From Macrostomum hystrix (lineage: Eukaryota; Animalia; Platyhelminthes), in NCBI GenBank assembly GCA_950097015.1, contig CATNEN010000003.1, positions 1,860,001 through 1,924,000 on the forward strand: DNA of 64,000 nt, read 5' to 3'. The number at the start of each line of letters is the position of its first letter. Positions within the stretch are counted from its first letter, which is position 1. Of the stretch, positions 32,001-43,204 are shown in pieces. The notes under the pieces were generated by a model. That model did no database searches and had not been told where the DNA came from. It was given only the letters and a program-made list of their open reading frames with translations. Position numbers and translations under genes: made by a program.

Positions 32001-33501
32001 ATTTTTCACTCTTCTCCGGCACTCCTCATTTGTCACTCTTTCTCTGTCACTCCTCATTTGTCACTTTTGTCTGTTACTCCTTATTTGTCACTCTCTCTGT
32101 CACTCCTCATTTGTCACTCTCTCTCTGTCATTCCTCATTTGTCACTCTCTCTCCTGTCACTCCTCATTTGTAACTCTCTCTCTATCACTCCTCATTTGTC
32201 ACTCTCTCTGTCACTCCTCATTTGTCACTCTCTCTGTCACTCCTCATTTGTCACTCTCTCTGTCAGTCTCTCTCTCTCTGTCACTTTTATTTCGTCACTC
32301 CATCAGTCAATCCTAATTTTCTATTCGCAGATGCATGTTTCGGTATTGTGACTTTTTTATGGGAGACATTTCGAACAGAAAAGAGCAAAGCACAGTTTTT
32401 TTCTGGTCAATTTTAGCTATAGACGCTTTGTTTGAGGAAGTCAAACTAGAATTTGAAATAAAACGGAAACGAAATATGAGCAGCATAATTCTCTTGGTCT
32501 AGCTCTAGCTCTAGCTCTCTCTCTTTCTGCTCTCTTATTCCAGGAAAAGGGACACCTTAAGCAAACAAAGGGTACTCAAGAATTCTTAGAAAACTGAGAC
32601 TTGAGCATGGATTTCTTCGTTTAGTTTAAGAGCTTCTGTTTTTTCCCCAGAAACTACTTTTTGTTCTGAAACTAGAAAACGAATTTAGATGCAGAAAAAT
32701 GTGTTCAAATCCGTTACTCTGTACTCAAATCCGTTACTCCGTACTCAAACCCGTTACTCTGTACTCAAATCCGTTACTCCGTACTCAAACCCGTTACTCT
32801 GTACTCAAACCCGTTACTCTGTATTAAAATCCGTTACTCTGTACTCAAATCCGTTACTCTGTATTAAAATCCGTTACTCTGTACTCAAATCCGTTACTCT
32901 GCATTGAAATCAAATACTCCGTACTCAAACCCGTTACTCTGTACTCAAATCCGTTACTCTGTATTGAAATCCGTTACTCTGTACTCAAACCCGTTACTCT
33001 GTATTAAAATCCGTTACTCTGTACTCAAATCCGTTACTCTTTTTTGAGACCGTTACTCTGTAATAAAACCCGTTACTTTGTATTTAAATCCGTTACTCAG
33101 TTTTATAATTTGTTACTCTGTACTCAAAACTGGTACTATAATTCGTTACTCTGTGTTTAGGTCAGTTAATACACCTAAACTTGGTATTTTTAAACCAAAT
33201 ACCTCTTAAACTTATGATTCTGCAATTAAATTCGTTACTATCCTCAGATCCGTTAGAATGTACTTAAAATCGTTACTCTCTAATCCGTTACTAAAAATGT
33301 GACGAATGTGCTCTTAAATCTAGCAGCATGCTCAAAATCAGACACAAATCGATGGTTTGAAAAAAAGCAATATAAAGTATACTCACTTGGCGTTAACACC
33401 ACGATAGCGCAGACAATCAGCAGAAGTATGGAAGCAATGACCAACAGAGCGATGACAATGCCTCTCCAATTCTTCTGCGCGGGAGCAGTGCCTACCAACT
33501 C
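20059..33501 (-). CDS. Inactive dipeptidyl peptidase, DPP6/DPP10-like (S9B family; Kv4 auxiliary-subunit type), common body of ~17 exons
   Basis: TM exon [22 protein letters not shown] (33501-33387). Then DWLYEEEVL and YPAAG propeller motifs, CLGP, YPLL..HTGP, DSRG, nucleophile site GWGHG (22432-22418), [33 protein letters not shown] and YPDDNH. The GT-AG junctions I checked are in phase. Stop at 20059. Confidence 0.93.
20236..20680. repeat. ~24-26-bp minisatellite (gtgtgacaatgagagtgacaggcga)n in the last DPP intron
   Basis: Direct tandem repeat. Confidence 0.9.
21570..22287. repeat. ~20-bp minisatellite (ctgtcactctactgtctatt)n interrupted by a MITE
   Basis: Units on both sides of 21698-22084. 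Confidence 0.88.
21698..22084. mobile_element. Non-autonomous hAT (Charlie-like) DNA transposon / MITE with an internal 16-bp minisatellite
   Basis: TIRs caggggtaggcaaa / tttgccgacccctg; 8-bp TSD ctctactg at 21690-21697 and 22085-22092; subterminal gcgggcc/ggcccgc motifs. Confidence 0.9.
22815..23125 (+). mobile_element. SINE family A, copy 2 (intronic, antisense to DPP)
   Basis: Homologous to 1588-1880 and 40400-40695. Confidence 0.82.
23878..23990. mobile_element. Dispersed repeat family D fragment; related pieces near 19950-20025, 29140-29270, 41880-41992 and 54690-54775
   Basis: 23878-23990 is the reverse complement of 41880-41992 (caacttccagaatcacaaaa...catcgtcgagat.ttcaa). A ggagctat.gt.aaataggcag block recurs at the other sites. 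Class not determined. Confidence 0.6.
26260..26722. repeat. ~27-bp minisatellite (gaggtgtgaagttggctgtggggtata)n, intronic
   Basis: Degenerate tandem repeat. Confidence 0.88.
27513..28842. repeat. Homogeneous 20-bp minisatellite (tgtgtctaacactaaactga)n
   Basis: About 66 units in exact 20-bp register. Confidence 0.97.
29435..29715 (+). promoter_or_regulatory. Candidate Pol II promoter: 3 AP-1, 2 Grainyhead and 2 CArG sites, TATA box and Inr-like element
   Basis: TGA(G/C)TCA at 29435, 29543 and 29606; AACCGGTT at 29485 and 29654; CCAAATATGG at 29518 and 29581; TATAAAT at 29679; TCAGAC at ~29711. Confidence 0.6.
30495..30737. repeat. 20-bp minisatellite (ctaacacccttgtctaatat)n
   Basis: Direct tandem repeat. 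Confidence 0.93.
31457..32285. repeat. 26-28-bp minisatellite (ctgtcactcctcatttgtcactctttct)n
   Basis: Direct tandem repeat. Confidence 0.92.
32705..33130. repeat. 20-bp minisatellite (aaatccgttactctgtactc)n
   Basis: Direct tandem repeat, decaying rightwards. Confidence 0.92.
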
Positions 33502-34116
33502 CTACAATAGGGATGAGAAATTCATTTTTAAATTTAACAAATACTTTCAAATTGTACTAGAAAATACAAAAAACAAACTTTAACTGCCTTTGTCGCGCGC
33601 GCGTGTCTTACTTGAACTCTTGAACTTACTTCGTTAATTTGGGCAGAAATTTTCGCTTCCATATTCTGTTTTCAAAACCAATCGAATAGTTTACTCCTCT
33701 GCTCGGTAATTTCTGTAAATAAACTGCCAAGCCTATAGCTACTCACAGACCGGATGAAATCACTGAGTGTTAATGGTCGATACTCAAGAGACCAATTTAG
33801 ACAGCAATTATATATGCATTTGAATCTGTCATGACTGATGCTTGATTTGCTGATCACTTTGTCAGCCAATAATACAATGAGTAAGTGCTGCGAGATACCC
33901 CTGCTCATCTTAGATCTGTTAATTGGGATAGGACTCAAAGTTTACTATGCTCCAATGAGCGTACATTCCTATTAAACTTCTCATTGGCTGCATGAGATTC
34001 TCGTATTTCGATTCCTAATCAGTTTGAGCCAAGGACGAAATTTATGATCCTTGATTTCAGTAGATCAGTTTTAAGTCCATCTAAGAATCTGCTGTACTCA
34101 CCATCTATGTGTCCTC

Positions 34117-34762
34117 CTCTCACCCTGAACATCAACCTCTCACCCTCACCCTCTCACCCTCTCACCCTCACCCTCACCCTCACCCTCTCACCCTCACCCT
34201 CTCACCCTCTCACCGTCTCACCCTCTCTACCTCTCATCCTCTCAGCCTCTCACCCTCACCCTCACCCTCTCACCCTCACCCTCTCACCCTGAACATCACC
34301 CGCTCACCCTCACCCTCTCACCCTCTCACTCTCTCACCCTCTCACCCTCACCCTCTCACCCTCTCACCCTCTCACCCTCTCACTCTCACCCTCTCACCCT
34401 CACCCTCTCACCCTCTCACCCTCTCACCCTCACCCTCACCCTCACCCTCTCACCCTCACCCTCTCACCCTCTCACCCTCTCACCCTCTCTACCTCTCATC
34501 CTCTCAGCCTCTCACCCTCACCCTCACCCTCTCACCCTCACCCTCTCACCCTGAACATCACCCGCTCACCCTCACCCTCTCACCCTCTCACTCTCTCACC
34601 CTCTCACCCTCACCCTCTCACCCTCTCACCCTCTCACCCTCTCACTCTCACCCTCTCACCCTCACCCTCTCACCCTCTCACCCTCTCACCCTCTCTCCCT
34701 GAACATCACCCTCTCACCCTCTCACCCTTACCCTCTCTCCCTCTCACTCTCACCCTCACCCT
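34117..34762. repeat. (ctcacc/ctctcacc)n low-complexity repeat
   Basis: 6/8-bp mixed tandem units. Confidence 0.92.
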
Positions 34763-34767
34763 GTTAC

Positions 34768-34833
34768 CTGCAACTCCTCTTCTAACCTTCTCTTCCATTC
34801 TGTCGCAAAAGTTTTCTCCAGTACCGTTTGCAT
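34768..34833 (-). CDS. Candidate alternative first coding exon of the DPP6/10-like gene (MQTVLEKTFATEWKRRLEEELQ)
   Basis: ATG to phase-0 donor CAG|gtaaca; in frame with the acceptor at 33501. Confidence 0.55.
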
Positions 34834-35359
34834 ACTACTTTAAGCCTACATAAGGATTGTCTTCAATAGCTTGCCATTGTTACCTAAGCTGAAAATTATT
34901 TTACCAGAAAGTGATATGATTTAAATTAAAATTTAATTAATAATTAAAATATGCCACTTCTAAATGCTGAGATTTAGCATGTTGAATATTTCAATCGACT
35001 TTTATTTCCTGTGAAAAAAACAAAGAAATTTTCGCCAGGCAAAAAAAACTACATCAGGAAGTGTGTCTAAGCCTGCAGAACATATTTTTAGCTGAAGAAA
35101 ATGAAATTATTTAGATTTCTCTTCAAAACAACTCAGAAAATCCCTGTTAGAATTCTCGATCAAAGTTCTGCTTCGGATTCCCCCCTACCCTCAAGGAGTG
35201 CTTCCTTGCCCAGCTGGCCTTGTCTGCTTTTGCTTACTTTGGAAATCAATCAAGCAGTTTAAGGTTGTCTGCTGGTCCACCCTCGAGCGATTTTTCGTGA
35301 GACAGGCAAAAACACTGGTTGACCTAGTGTCCAAAACTTCATGGCTGGCCCTTCTAACT

Positions 35360-35942
35360 GAGATGGGAGAGATAAGAGAGATAAGAGAGACAAGAGAAAT
35401 GAAAGAGATGAGAGAGATGAGAGAGATGAGAGAGACCAGAGAGATGAGAGAGATGAGAGAGATAACAGATGAGAGAGATGAGAGAGATGAGATAGATGAG
35501 AGAGATAAGAGATGAGAGAGATGAGATAGATGAGAGAGATGAGAGAGATGAGAGAGATGAGAGAGATAAGAGATGAGACGGATGAGAGAGATAAGAGATG
35601 AGAGAGATGAGATAGACGAGAGAGATGAGAGAGATGAGAGATATAAGAGATGAGACGGATGAGAGAGATAAGAGATGAGAGAGATGAGAGAGATGAGATA
35701 GATGAGAGAGATGAGATAGATGAGAGAGATGAGAGATGAGAGAGATGAGAGAGATGAGAGAGATAAGAGAGATAAGAGAGATGAGAGAGATGAGAGAGAT
35801 AAGAGAGATAAGAGAGATGAGAGAGATGAGAGAGATAAGAGAGATAAGAGAGATAAGAGAGATATGAGATGAGAGAGATGAGAGAGATAAGAGAGATGAG
35901 AGAAATAAAAAGATGACACAGATGAGAGAGAAGAGAGATGGG
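35360..35942. repeat. (gagagatga)n-type GA-rich repeat
   Basis: 7-9-bp tandem units. Confidence 0.9.
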
Positions 35943-36597
35943 AAAATTAGAGAGCTAGAGGAGATTAGATAAAATATTTGAGATGCGAGAAATGAGAGCT
36001 GAGAAGCTGTACATTTTGAAAGTCCAGACATGTAAATCTGCTGGATAACATCCCAAGGAGAAGAGACAATGCATACCATATATGTTTTGTTGTTTCTGTC
36101 CACTACTAGAATAGGATCTAAGTCCCAGATTTTGGCTGTTGCAGCAAACTTTAGTCCAACTTTAGTCAATGCACTTCTGTTATATTAGACTTATCAAGGC
36201 CGCGTGTGAGTGTGTGGTATTGAGCGAATATATGGTCACACAACACTCTTTGTGTAGAACACAAACAGCTGACTAAAGAGGAATAGCATAGGTAAGAGAA
36301 GGCATTGATTTCTGATTTTATATAAGCTCTAGTTAACAAGAGAGAGAGAGAGAGAAGACTGTAAGGAGGCCAAATTTTGTCAGGCCAGCCTGTCAACAAT
36401 CTCACTCACTTACTATTTCATGTATGCAGGACAGTGGGAGTGTGTTATGTGGAAGAAAATCTACTTTTATAAACTAAAACAAGCTAGAAATAACTTTGCT
36501 TGCCCAAAAAATTTGATAAGAGAGTAGATGGTAATAGATAGACACAACAGAGAGAGCCGAAATTAGAAGTTAAGTAACGAAGAGGTAATGAGTAACT

Positions 36598-38044
36598 GTT
36601 GGGTGACTGAAAGGGTTGGTGAGTGACTGAGAGGGTTGGTGAGCGACTGAGAGGATTGGTGAGTGACTGAGAGGGTTGGTGAGTGACTGAGAGGGTTGGT
36701 GAGCGACTGAGAGGGTTGGTGAGTGACTGAGAAGGTTGGTGAGTGACTGAGAGGGTTGGTGAGTGACAGAGAGGGTTGGTGAGCGACTTAGAGGGTTGGT
36801 GAGTGACTGAGATGGTTGGTGAGTGACTGAGATGGTTGGTGAGTGACTGAGAGGGTTGGTGAGTGACTGAGAGGGTTGGTGAGTGACAGAGAGGGTTGGT
36901 GAGTGACTGAGAGGGTTGGTGAGCGACTGAGAAGGTTGGTGAGTGACTGAGAGGGTTGGTGAGTGACTGAGAAGGTTGGTGAGTGACTGAGAGGGTTGGT
37001 GAGTGACTGAGAGGGTTGGTGAGCGACTGAGAGGGTTGGTGAGTGACTGAGAGGGTTGGTGAGCGACTTAGAGGGTTGGTAAGTGACTGAGATGGTTGGT
37101 GAGTGACTGAGAGGGTTGGTAAGTGACTGAGAGGGTTGGTGAGTGACTGAGAGAATGTTTGAGTGACTGACAGGGTAGGTGAGTGACTGAGAGGGTTGGT
37201 GAGTGACTGAGAAGGTTGGTGAGTGACTGACAGGGTTGGTGAGTGACGAGAAGGTTGGTGAGTGACTGACAGGGTCGGTGAGTGACTGAGAGGGTTGGTG
37301 AGTGACTGAGAGGGTTGGTGAGTGACTGAGAGGGTTGGTGAGTGACTGAGAGGGTTGGTGAGTGACTGAGAGAATTGGTGAGTGACTGAGAGAATGTTTG
37401 AGTGACTGACAGGGTAGGTGAGTGACTGTGAGGGTTGGTGAGTGACTGAGAGGGTTGGTGAGTGACTGAGAGAATGTTTGAGTGACTGACAGGGTAGGTG
37501 AGTGACTGAGAGGGTTGGTGAGTGACTGAGAGGGTTGGTGAGTGACTGACAGGGTTGGTGAGTGACTGAGAAGGTTGGTGAGTGACTGACAGGGTCGGTG
37601 AGTGACTGAGAGGGTTGGTGAGTGACTGAGAGGGTTGGTGAGTGACTGAGAGGGTTGGTGAGTGACTGAGAGGGTTAGTGAGTGACTGAGAGGGTTGGTG
37701 AGTGACTGAGAGAATTGGTGAGTGACTGAGAGAATGTTTGAGTGACTGACAGGGTAGGTGAGTGACTGTGAGGGTTGGTGAGTGACTGAGAGGGTTGGTG
37801 AGTGACTGAGAGAATGTTTGAGTGACTGACAGGGTAGGTGAGTGACTGAGAGGGTTGGTGAGTGACTGAGAAGGTTGGTGAGTGACTGACAGGGTTGGTG
37901 AGTGACTGAGAAGGTTGGTGAGTGACTGAGAAGGTTGGTGAGTGACTGACAGGGTTGGTGAGTGACTGAGAAGGTTGGTGAGTGACTGACAGGGTCGGTG
38001 AGTGACTGAGAGGGTTGGTGAGTGACTGAGAGGGTTGGTGAGTG
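36598..38044. repeat. 20-bp minisatellite (gagtgactgagagggttggt)n
   Basis: About 72 units; the same family recurs at 39205-39718. Confidence 0.96.
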
Positions 38045-38289
38045 AAATTTAAGTCGAAATTTAAGCAAAAGCATTTAGAGATACAAGTTATAGAATATGC
38101 GAACATCGCTACATTGTATCCAAGGTCCACGAACACTACAGCAGATTCCAAATGACACGGATACCCCTCTGGCGAAAATAGGAACAGAAATTTAGAAAAG
38201 TGGAGGGAACGAAACTTGGGCTGATGTATTCATCCCAGAACGGCGCACCGAGCTGCAAAATGCCAACCTTTTCTGGTTCAACGCGAAAC

Positions 38290-38379
38290 CTCCCCCACGC
38301 TGTCCTTCTTCACATTATTATGCTTGTCTGCAAATCCGCGAATGTCCATCTGCTGCTGCTGCTCCTGTTGATGCTGCAA
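38290..38379 (-). CDS. Candidate phase 0-0 cassette (or first) exon of the DPP6/10-like gene (LQHQQEQQQQMDIRGFADKHNNVKKDSVGE)
   Basis: Acceptor ctatag|, 90 nt open, weak donor GAG|gtttcg. Confidence 0.4.
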
Positions 38380-38684
38380 CTATAGCAGCTATAGAAAATT
38401 GTAAAATACGATCAGTACCATCAGTACTGCCTTATGTAAGACTTTATGACTTGTTAATCATTTCAATAGTACATTCAAGGCACTCGCTGTGCGAATACTG
38501 CCAGAACAATTGTACATTTACCAGCTAGAAAATGACATTGTGGGTGCGGCGAGGCATTAAGAACAACCTGAAAAAAAGTGTATCCTTCTTCATACCCTAA
38601 CAATAGCAGCTTTGCTTTATTCTAGTGATCAGAAACTTGAAAATCGAACTGGCTAATTATGTAAAAGTCCATTTTTCACTCCCA

Positions 38685-38842
38685 ATCTCACTGATATCTC
38701 TCTATCAATCTCACTGACATCTCTTTATCAATCTCACTGATATCTCTCTATCAATCTCACTGATATCTCATTATCAATCTCACAGATATCACTCCATCCA
38801 ATCTCACTGATATCTCATTGTCAATAAATCTCACTAATATCA
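38685..38842. repeat. 23-bp minisatellite (caatctcactgatatctctctat)n
   Basis: About 6-7 degenerate units. Confidence 0.8.
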
Positions 38843-39204
38843 GGCGCAGTCTCTCGTCAATATTGTCGTTGTTTCATTGTCAAAATGACTCTTATCCTAG
38901 CTAAACAATTGTCTCGACTTCCTAAAATTTAAAGTTAATAAAGTAAGTAAAAACATCTAAGTATAAATATGCTAACCGATTATTCTAATAGCCAATTAAA
39001 CTCTACTAAGCAATAGCTTGATTGCTCAGATTGCAGCAATGACCTTCCTATGACATGGCAGCACGCCGATTATCAGCTCTGTTTGCTCAGGGCAGTTTAA
39101 CGGCCCAAATCAACCCTAAAAATAGGTGCGATTTCTATAATTGGTAGGTAGAGCTAAGTGATAAGAATTTACTTACGGGTGCCATGACTGCCAGAATTAG
39201 TTGA

Positions 39205-39718
39205 AGGGTGTGACTGAGAGGGTTGGTGAGTGACTGAGAGGGTAGGTGAGTGACTGAGAGGGTTGGATAGTGACTGAGAGGGTTGCTGAGTGACTGAGAG
39301 GGTAGGTGAGTGACTGAGAGAATTTGTGAGTGACTGACAGGGTAGGTGAGTGACTGTGAGGGTTGGTGAGTGACTGTGAGGGTTGGTGAGTGACTGAGAG
39401 GGTTGGTGAGTGACTGAGAGAATTTGTGAGTGACTGACAGGGTAGGTGAGTGACTGTGAGGGTTGGTGAGTGACTGTGAGGGTTGGTGAGTGACTGAGAG
39501 GGTTGGTGAGTGACTGAGAGGGTTGGTGAGTGACTGAGAGAATTTGTGAGTGACTGACAGGGTAGGTGAGTGACTGTGAGGGTTGGTGAGTGACTGTGAG
39601 GGTTGGTGAGTGACTGACAGGGTTGGTGAGTGACTGAGAGGGTTGGTGAGTGACTGAGAGGGTTGGAGAGTGACTGACAGCGTTGGGGAGTGACTGACAG
39701 GGTTGGTGAGTGACTGAG
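39205..39718. repeat. 20-bp minisatellite, same family as 36598-38044
   Basis: Same unit and orientation. Confidence 0.95.
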
Positions 39719-39740
39719 AATAAATATATTCTGTAATTAC

Positions 39741-39800
39741 CTCATCGGCGCCTCCATTTTCTTGGCCGCTTTCGTCCTGATAGTCTCCATTTTCGCTCAT
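39741..39800 (-). CDS. Candidate alternative first coding exon of the DPP6/10-like gene (MSENGDYQDESGQENGGADE)
   Basis: aaaATG start, 20 codons, phase-0 donor GAG|gtaatt. Confidence 0.65.
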
Positions 39801-40309
39801 TTTGTGAGTTTTCAATCGATTTTCAAATTATCAACTGCTCGACGTAATTAGTTAGCAAGTTGAAATTTTATAAGTTACTGACTTCGTTCCATTTATCGTT
39901 TTTTAATACGCCTTAATTGTTCATAAGCTGCTACAAGTGTGCAATATAATCATTTTCTTTGTCGAGCTGGAATATAGCCTACGCTGAATTTCTTAATTTA
40001 ATGTTATAAAGGGGAAATTCGGGTAAAGGGTAAGTAAAAAAGGGGGTGAGGGAAGGAAGGGAAGAGTTTGGGAGAAAAGTTAACCGCCCAGTAGGCTTGG
40101 TTGGCCAGCACTATTTCCTCCACCCACCCCTACTCCGCCTGGCCTTCTAAAAGAACAAACAGGTAGAAAAAAATCGTGAACCCAAAATTTGAAACGGTAG
40201 GAAATTTATTTAAAAGAAATGTTTGCAGATTAAGATAATCTGAATAACCGTTCATAAATAAAACAATTGAAGAATGAAAATCTAGCTTCAAGGAATGCAA
40301 AGGATTTTT

Positions 40310-40760
40310 GCAGCGCATCTGAAGGCTGCGCACGGCTGTTCAGTCCATGGACTTTGGGGATGACACAACGTCCCTCAATTTCCCCTAGAGCTGATGCTGA
40401 TTAGAATAAAAAATTTGCAGGAGAGCTGCAGGCAATGGCACACCTTTTTGTGACACTAGACCCGCAGCCAGCGAAGAGACAATTCTGCCCATTTCGCTGA
40501 CTCCTGAGCACACGCACACATAGGTTTGTATATCTGCCTTGATTTTCTCATCGTCAGGCAGTGTACACTCTCACTGTGCCTTGCCTTCTCTCCGCGGCTG
40601 CACACAAACTAAATGTGGCCTTGCCGCGGAATCGAGTCAGGGACCTTTGGTGCGAGAGGCCAACGCGTTAACAGCTCTGCTACTCACCCCCCCTTGAGCT
40701 GATGCTGGTACCAATGCAGAACTATGTCTATTGGAGTCGGGAATCGAACCCCAGACCTTA
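40310..40760 (-). mobile_element. SINE family C copy interrupted by a family A SINE
   Basis: 3' domain at 40310-40399; head/B-box remnant gggaatcgaacccc at ~40739. Confidence 0.75.
40400..40695 (-). mobile_element. SINE family A, copy 3, nested in a family C SINE
   Basis: 12-bp TSD gagctgatgctg at 40388-40399 and 40696-40707. Confidence 0.88.
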
Positions 40761-41147
40761 TTTCACAACTTTAACTCTCTATCTTTCTATTTATCTATCC
40801 CACACAGTCTATCTCACAATCTCTCAAATTCAAGGAGGAAAGTCTTAGGGCTTTTAGAAAATCTCACACACGAAGCATTTGTATTTCCGCTTCCTGCTAC
40901 TTATAGTAGTGAAAATGACATTTTTTGCTCTCAATAACAAATAAATCAATAAGATAATCAACTTTCTTTCACTCGACATGATTTTTTAGATTTCTCAAAG
41001 AATAAGTCAATATTTACGCGTAATTCTTCCTAATTGAGAAATAAAAAAGAAAAAATGCCTAAAGTCAAATAACCTAATAAAATTCTCTAAAAATCTAATC
41101 TAACATCCTGGATAAATCTAAAAAAAACACCCCGAAGCCTGTTTCAC

Positions 41148-41294
41148 CTCGAACCAGTCGAATCTTTTGTCCACATCCTCTGTTCTGGCTGCGTATCCTG
41201 GCAGGCGATGATGTCGTTTGACTTTGTCGCAACATTTTTGTTGACATTGGCGCTGCCTTCGCGACTGAGGCCGCAGCCAGGAGACGGGACTGAG
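41148..41294 (-). CDS. Candidate phase 0-0 cassette exon of the DPP6/10-like gene (LSPVSWLRPQSRRQRQCQQKCCDK...DKRFDWFE)
   Basis: Acceptor tgttgtttcag|, 147 nt open, donor GAG|gtgaaa; GC-rich island in AT-rich surroundings. Confidence 0.5.
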
Positions 41295-41329
41295 CTGAAA
41301 CAACAGACCTACCGCTCTGGCGGACAGCA

Positions 41330-41450
41330 TCTGCCTGTCTGTCTGTCGTCTGTCTGTCTGCCTGTCTGTCTTTCTGTCTGTGTCTGTCCGTCTGTCTGTG
41401 TCTGTCTGTCTGTCTGCCTGCCTGCCTGTCTGTCTCACTGTCTCTGTCTT
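41330..41450. repeat. (gtct)n microsatellite
   Basis: Degenerate tetranucleotide run. Confidence 0.85.
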
Positions 41451-43204
41451 TATGTTTCTGCCTCACATCTATCTCCGTATCTTTGTGTCTATTAGTCTTT
41501 GTTCTACCTGTCTGCTGTCTGCTTGTGTCTTCAATTATTTTTGCAAGTCTCGTATTTTTATAGATTTTCGGATTAACTAGCTAACAATCTACTCTTATAT
41601 GGCTTTCGATCTAATTAAAATAATCAAATAGATTTAAATTTTAATATAAAAACCCCACTCGAATAGAAGAGGGTTCTTTGTTTGGCTTATTAATGTCAAA
41701 ACATCGGATTTGATGATTAAAAAAGTCATGCTTGCCAAACACTTCAAAATTTGCGTTTGGCTGATTAAATAGCAACCAAATTTACCTGGGAAAATTTGTG
41801 AGAATTTTTAATCTATACTGCAACTCCAAAAATATTCAACTAATTGCCATGAAAATCCAGAACACGGGCTATAAATTTCTACCCTATCCGATGAAACAAC
41901 TTCCAGAATCACAAAACATCGACATCGTCGAGATATTCAACAATTCTCGTCGGGGTGTCTGATGACAAAAACCAAAAAATATAGGCATAACTTTTCTGTT
42001 TACAAATTTTCATCAGGTAACCATGTCATATATTATATCATAATTTTCACTCACCTCAAAAGACGATATCCCAAAGTTTATTCTGTTGTCGTTTCTAACT
42101 TTTTCATGTTTCTCTAATATCGTGTTATTTTTATTTCTAAATTTAGCACTAACGTCGCACCGATTTGAATTGTGCACGACGATTCTGGCGGAAAACATCA
42201 AAATTCAAAACAGATTAACAAAATTTAGAAAACTAGATAACTAGGATTTAAACAGCTAGAGGTTTCTTAAAATCCCTAGGATTTTCTAAGCTGTCTTCAT
42301 ATTCGCGAAAATGGGACTTTCGGCTCTCAGCTCACAGCCAATGAGATGGAAGTGTTGAGAATTCGTTGAGACTGCTTTACAAGATTGTAGAAAAAAATTA
42401 TTCGAAAGCAGCAATAGGCTGGCACACAGCGAATGAAATACTAAATATTAATTTTGCAATCAAAGTCTGGGCCCTGACAGACAGATTGCAGTCATTTTGC
42501 TGGGTGTAAGTCTGGGTAAGGTCAAAAAAATCAATTTTATTAAATTTTTCTATTTTTTCCAAGTAGTACTTTAAGATTTCGCAGTTAGCTACTTCTCATC
42601 AGTAGTCCGAATAGAATTTTTACCTTAAACTATGCTTTTACAAGGAAACGAAATATTTTTTATCATAATCTTATTTCTTCTACAAAAATAATTGTTAAAA
42701 GGTTCTTTTTTTATCTACCAAATTTTCTTTCTTAAATGTTGGGATATTTATTGCCTCTAATCCTTTAATTTCTCAAGTAGAAACTCTAATCTAGAATATA
42801 TTATTTTGATGTTTACAATCACTCATACATAAAATTTCGGTATAAAAATCAATCCCAAAGCTCTCATTAGATTTGCTCAGTTGACAATTATGGCTGTACT
42901 CAAATTGAGAAGATGTAGCCAATTGATTGTATCGTACCAACAGGGCACGAAATCAGATCTCATGATTTCCGAATATAAAATATATTCCCAGAAAAAGAGC
43001 ATAAGACAGCAGTGGTTAATTCGATTACGCTGGAAAGTCAAAGGCCTGACATTCTACTCTTGCTATTGTACCATGAAAATGAAATAAAGCAACATTGGAA
43101 TGAGACCCAAGACAGGAGTAAAACATTGCAGAGTACCGATACAAATCTTGAATCTGTTTGTCTCTTCCCACAACTATCTTCCAGAAACTCTCGTCTGTCT
43201 TCTT

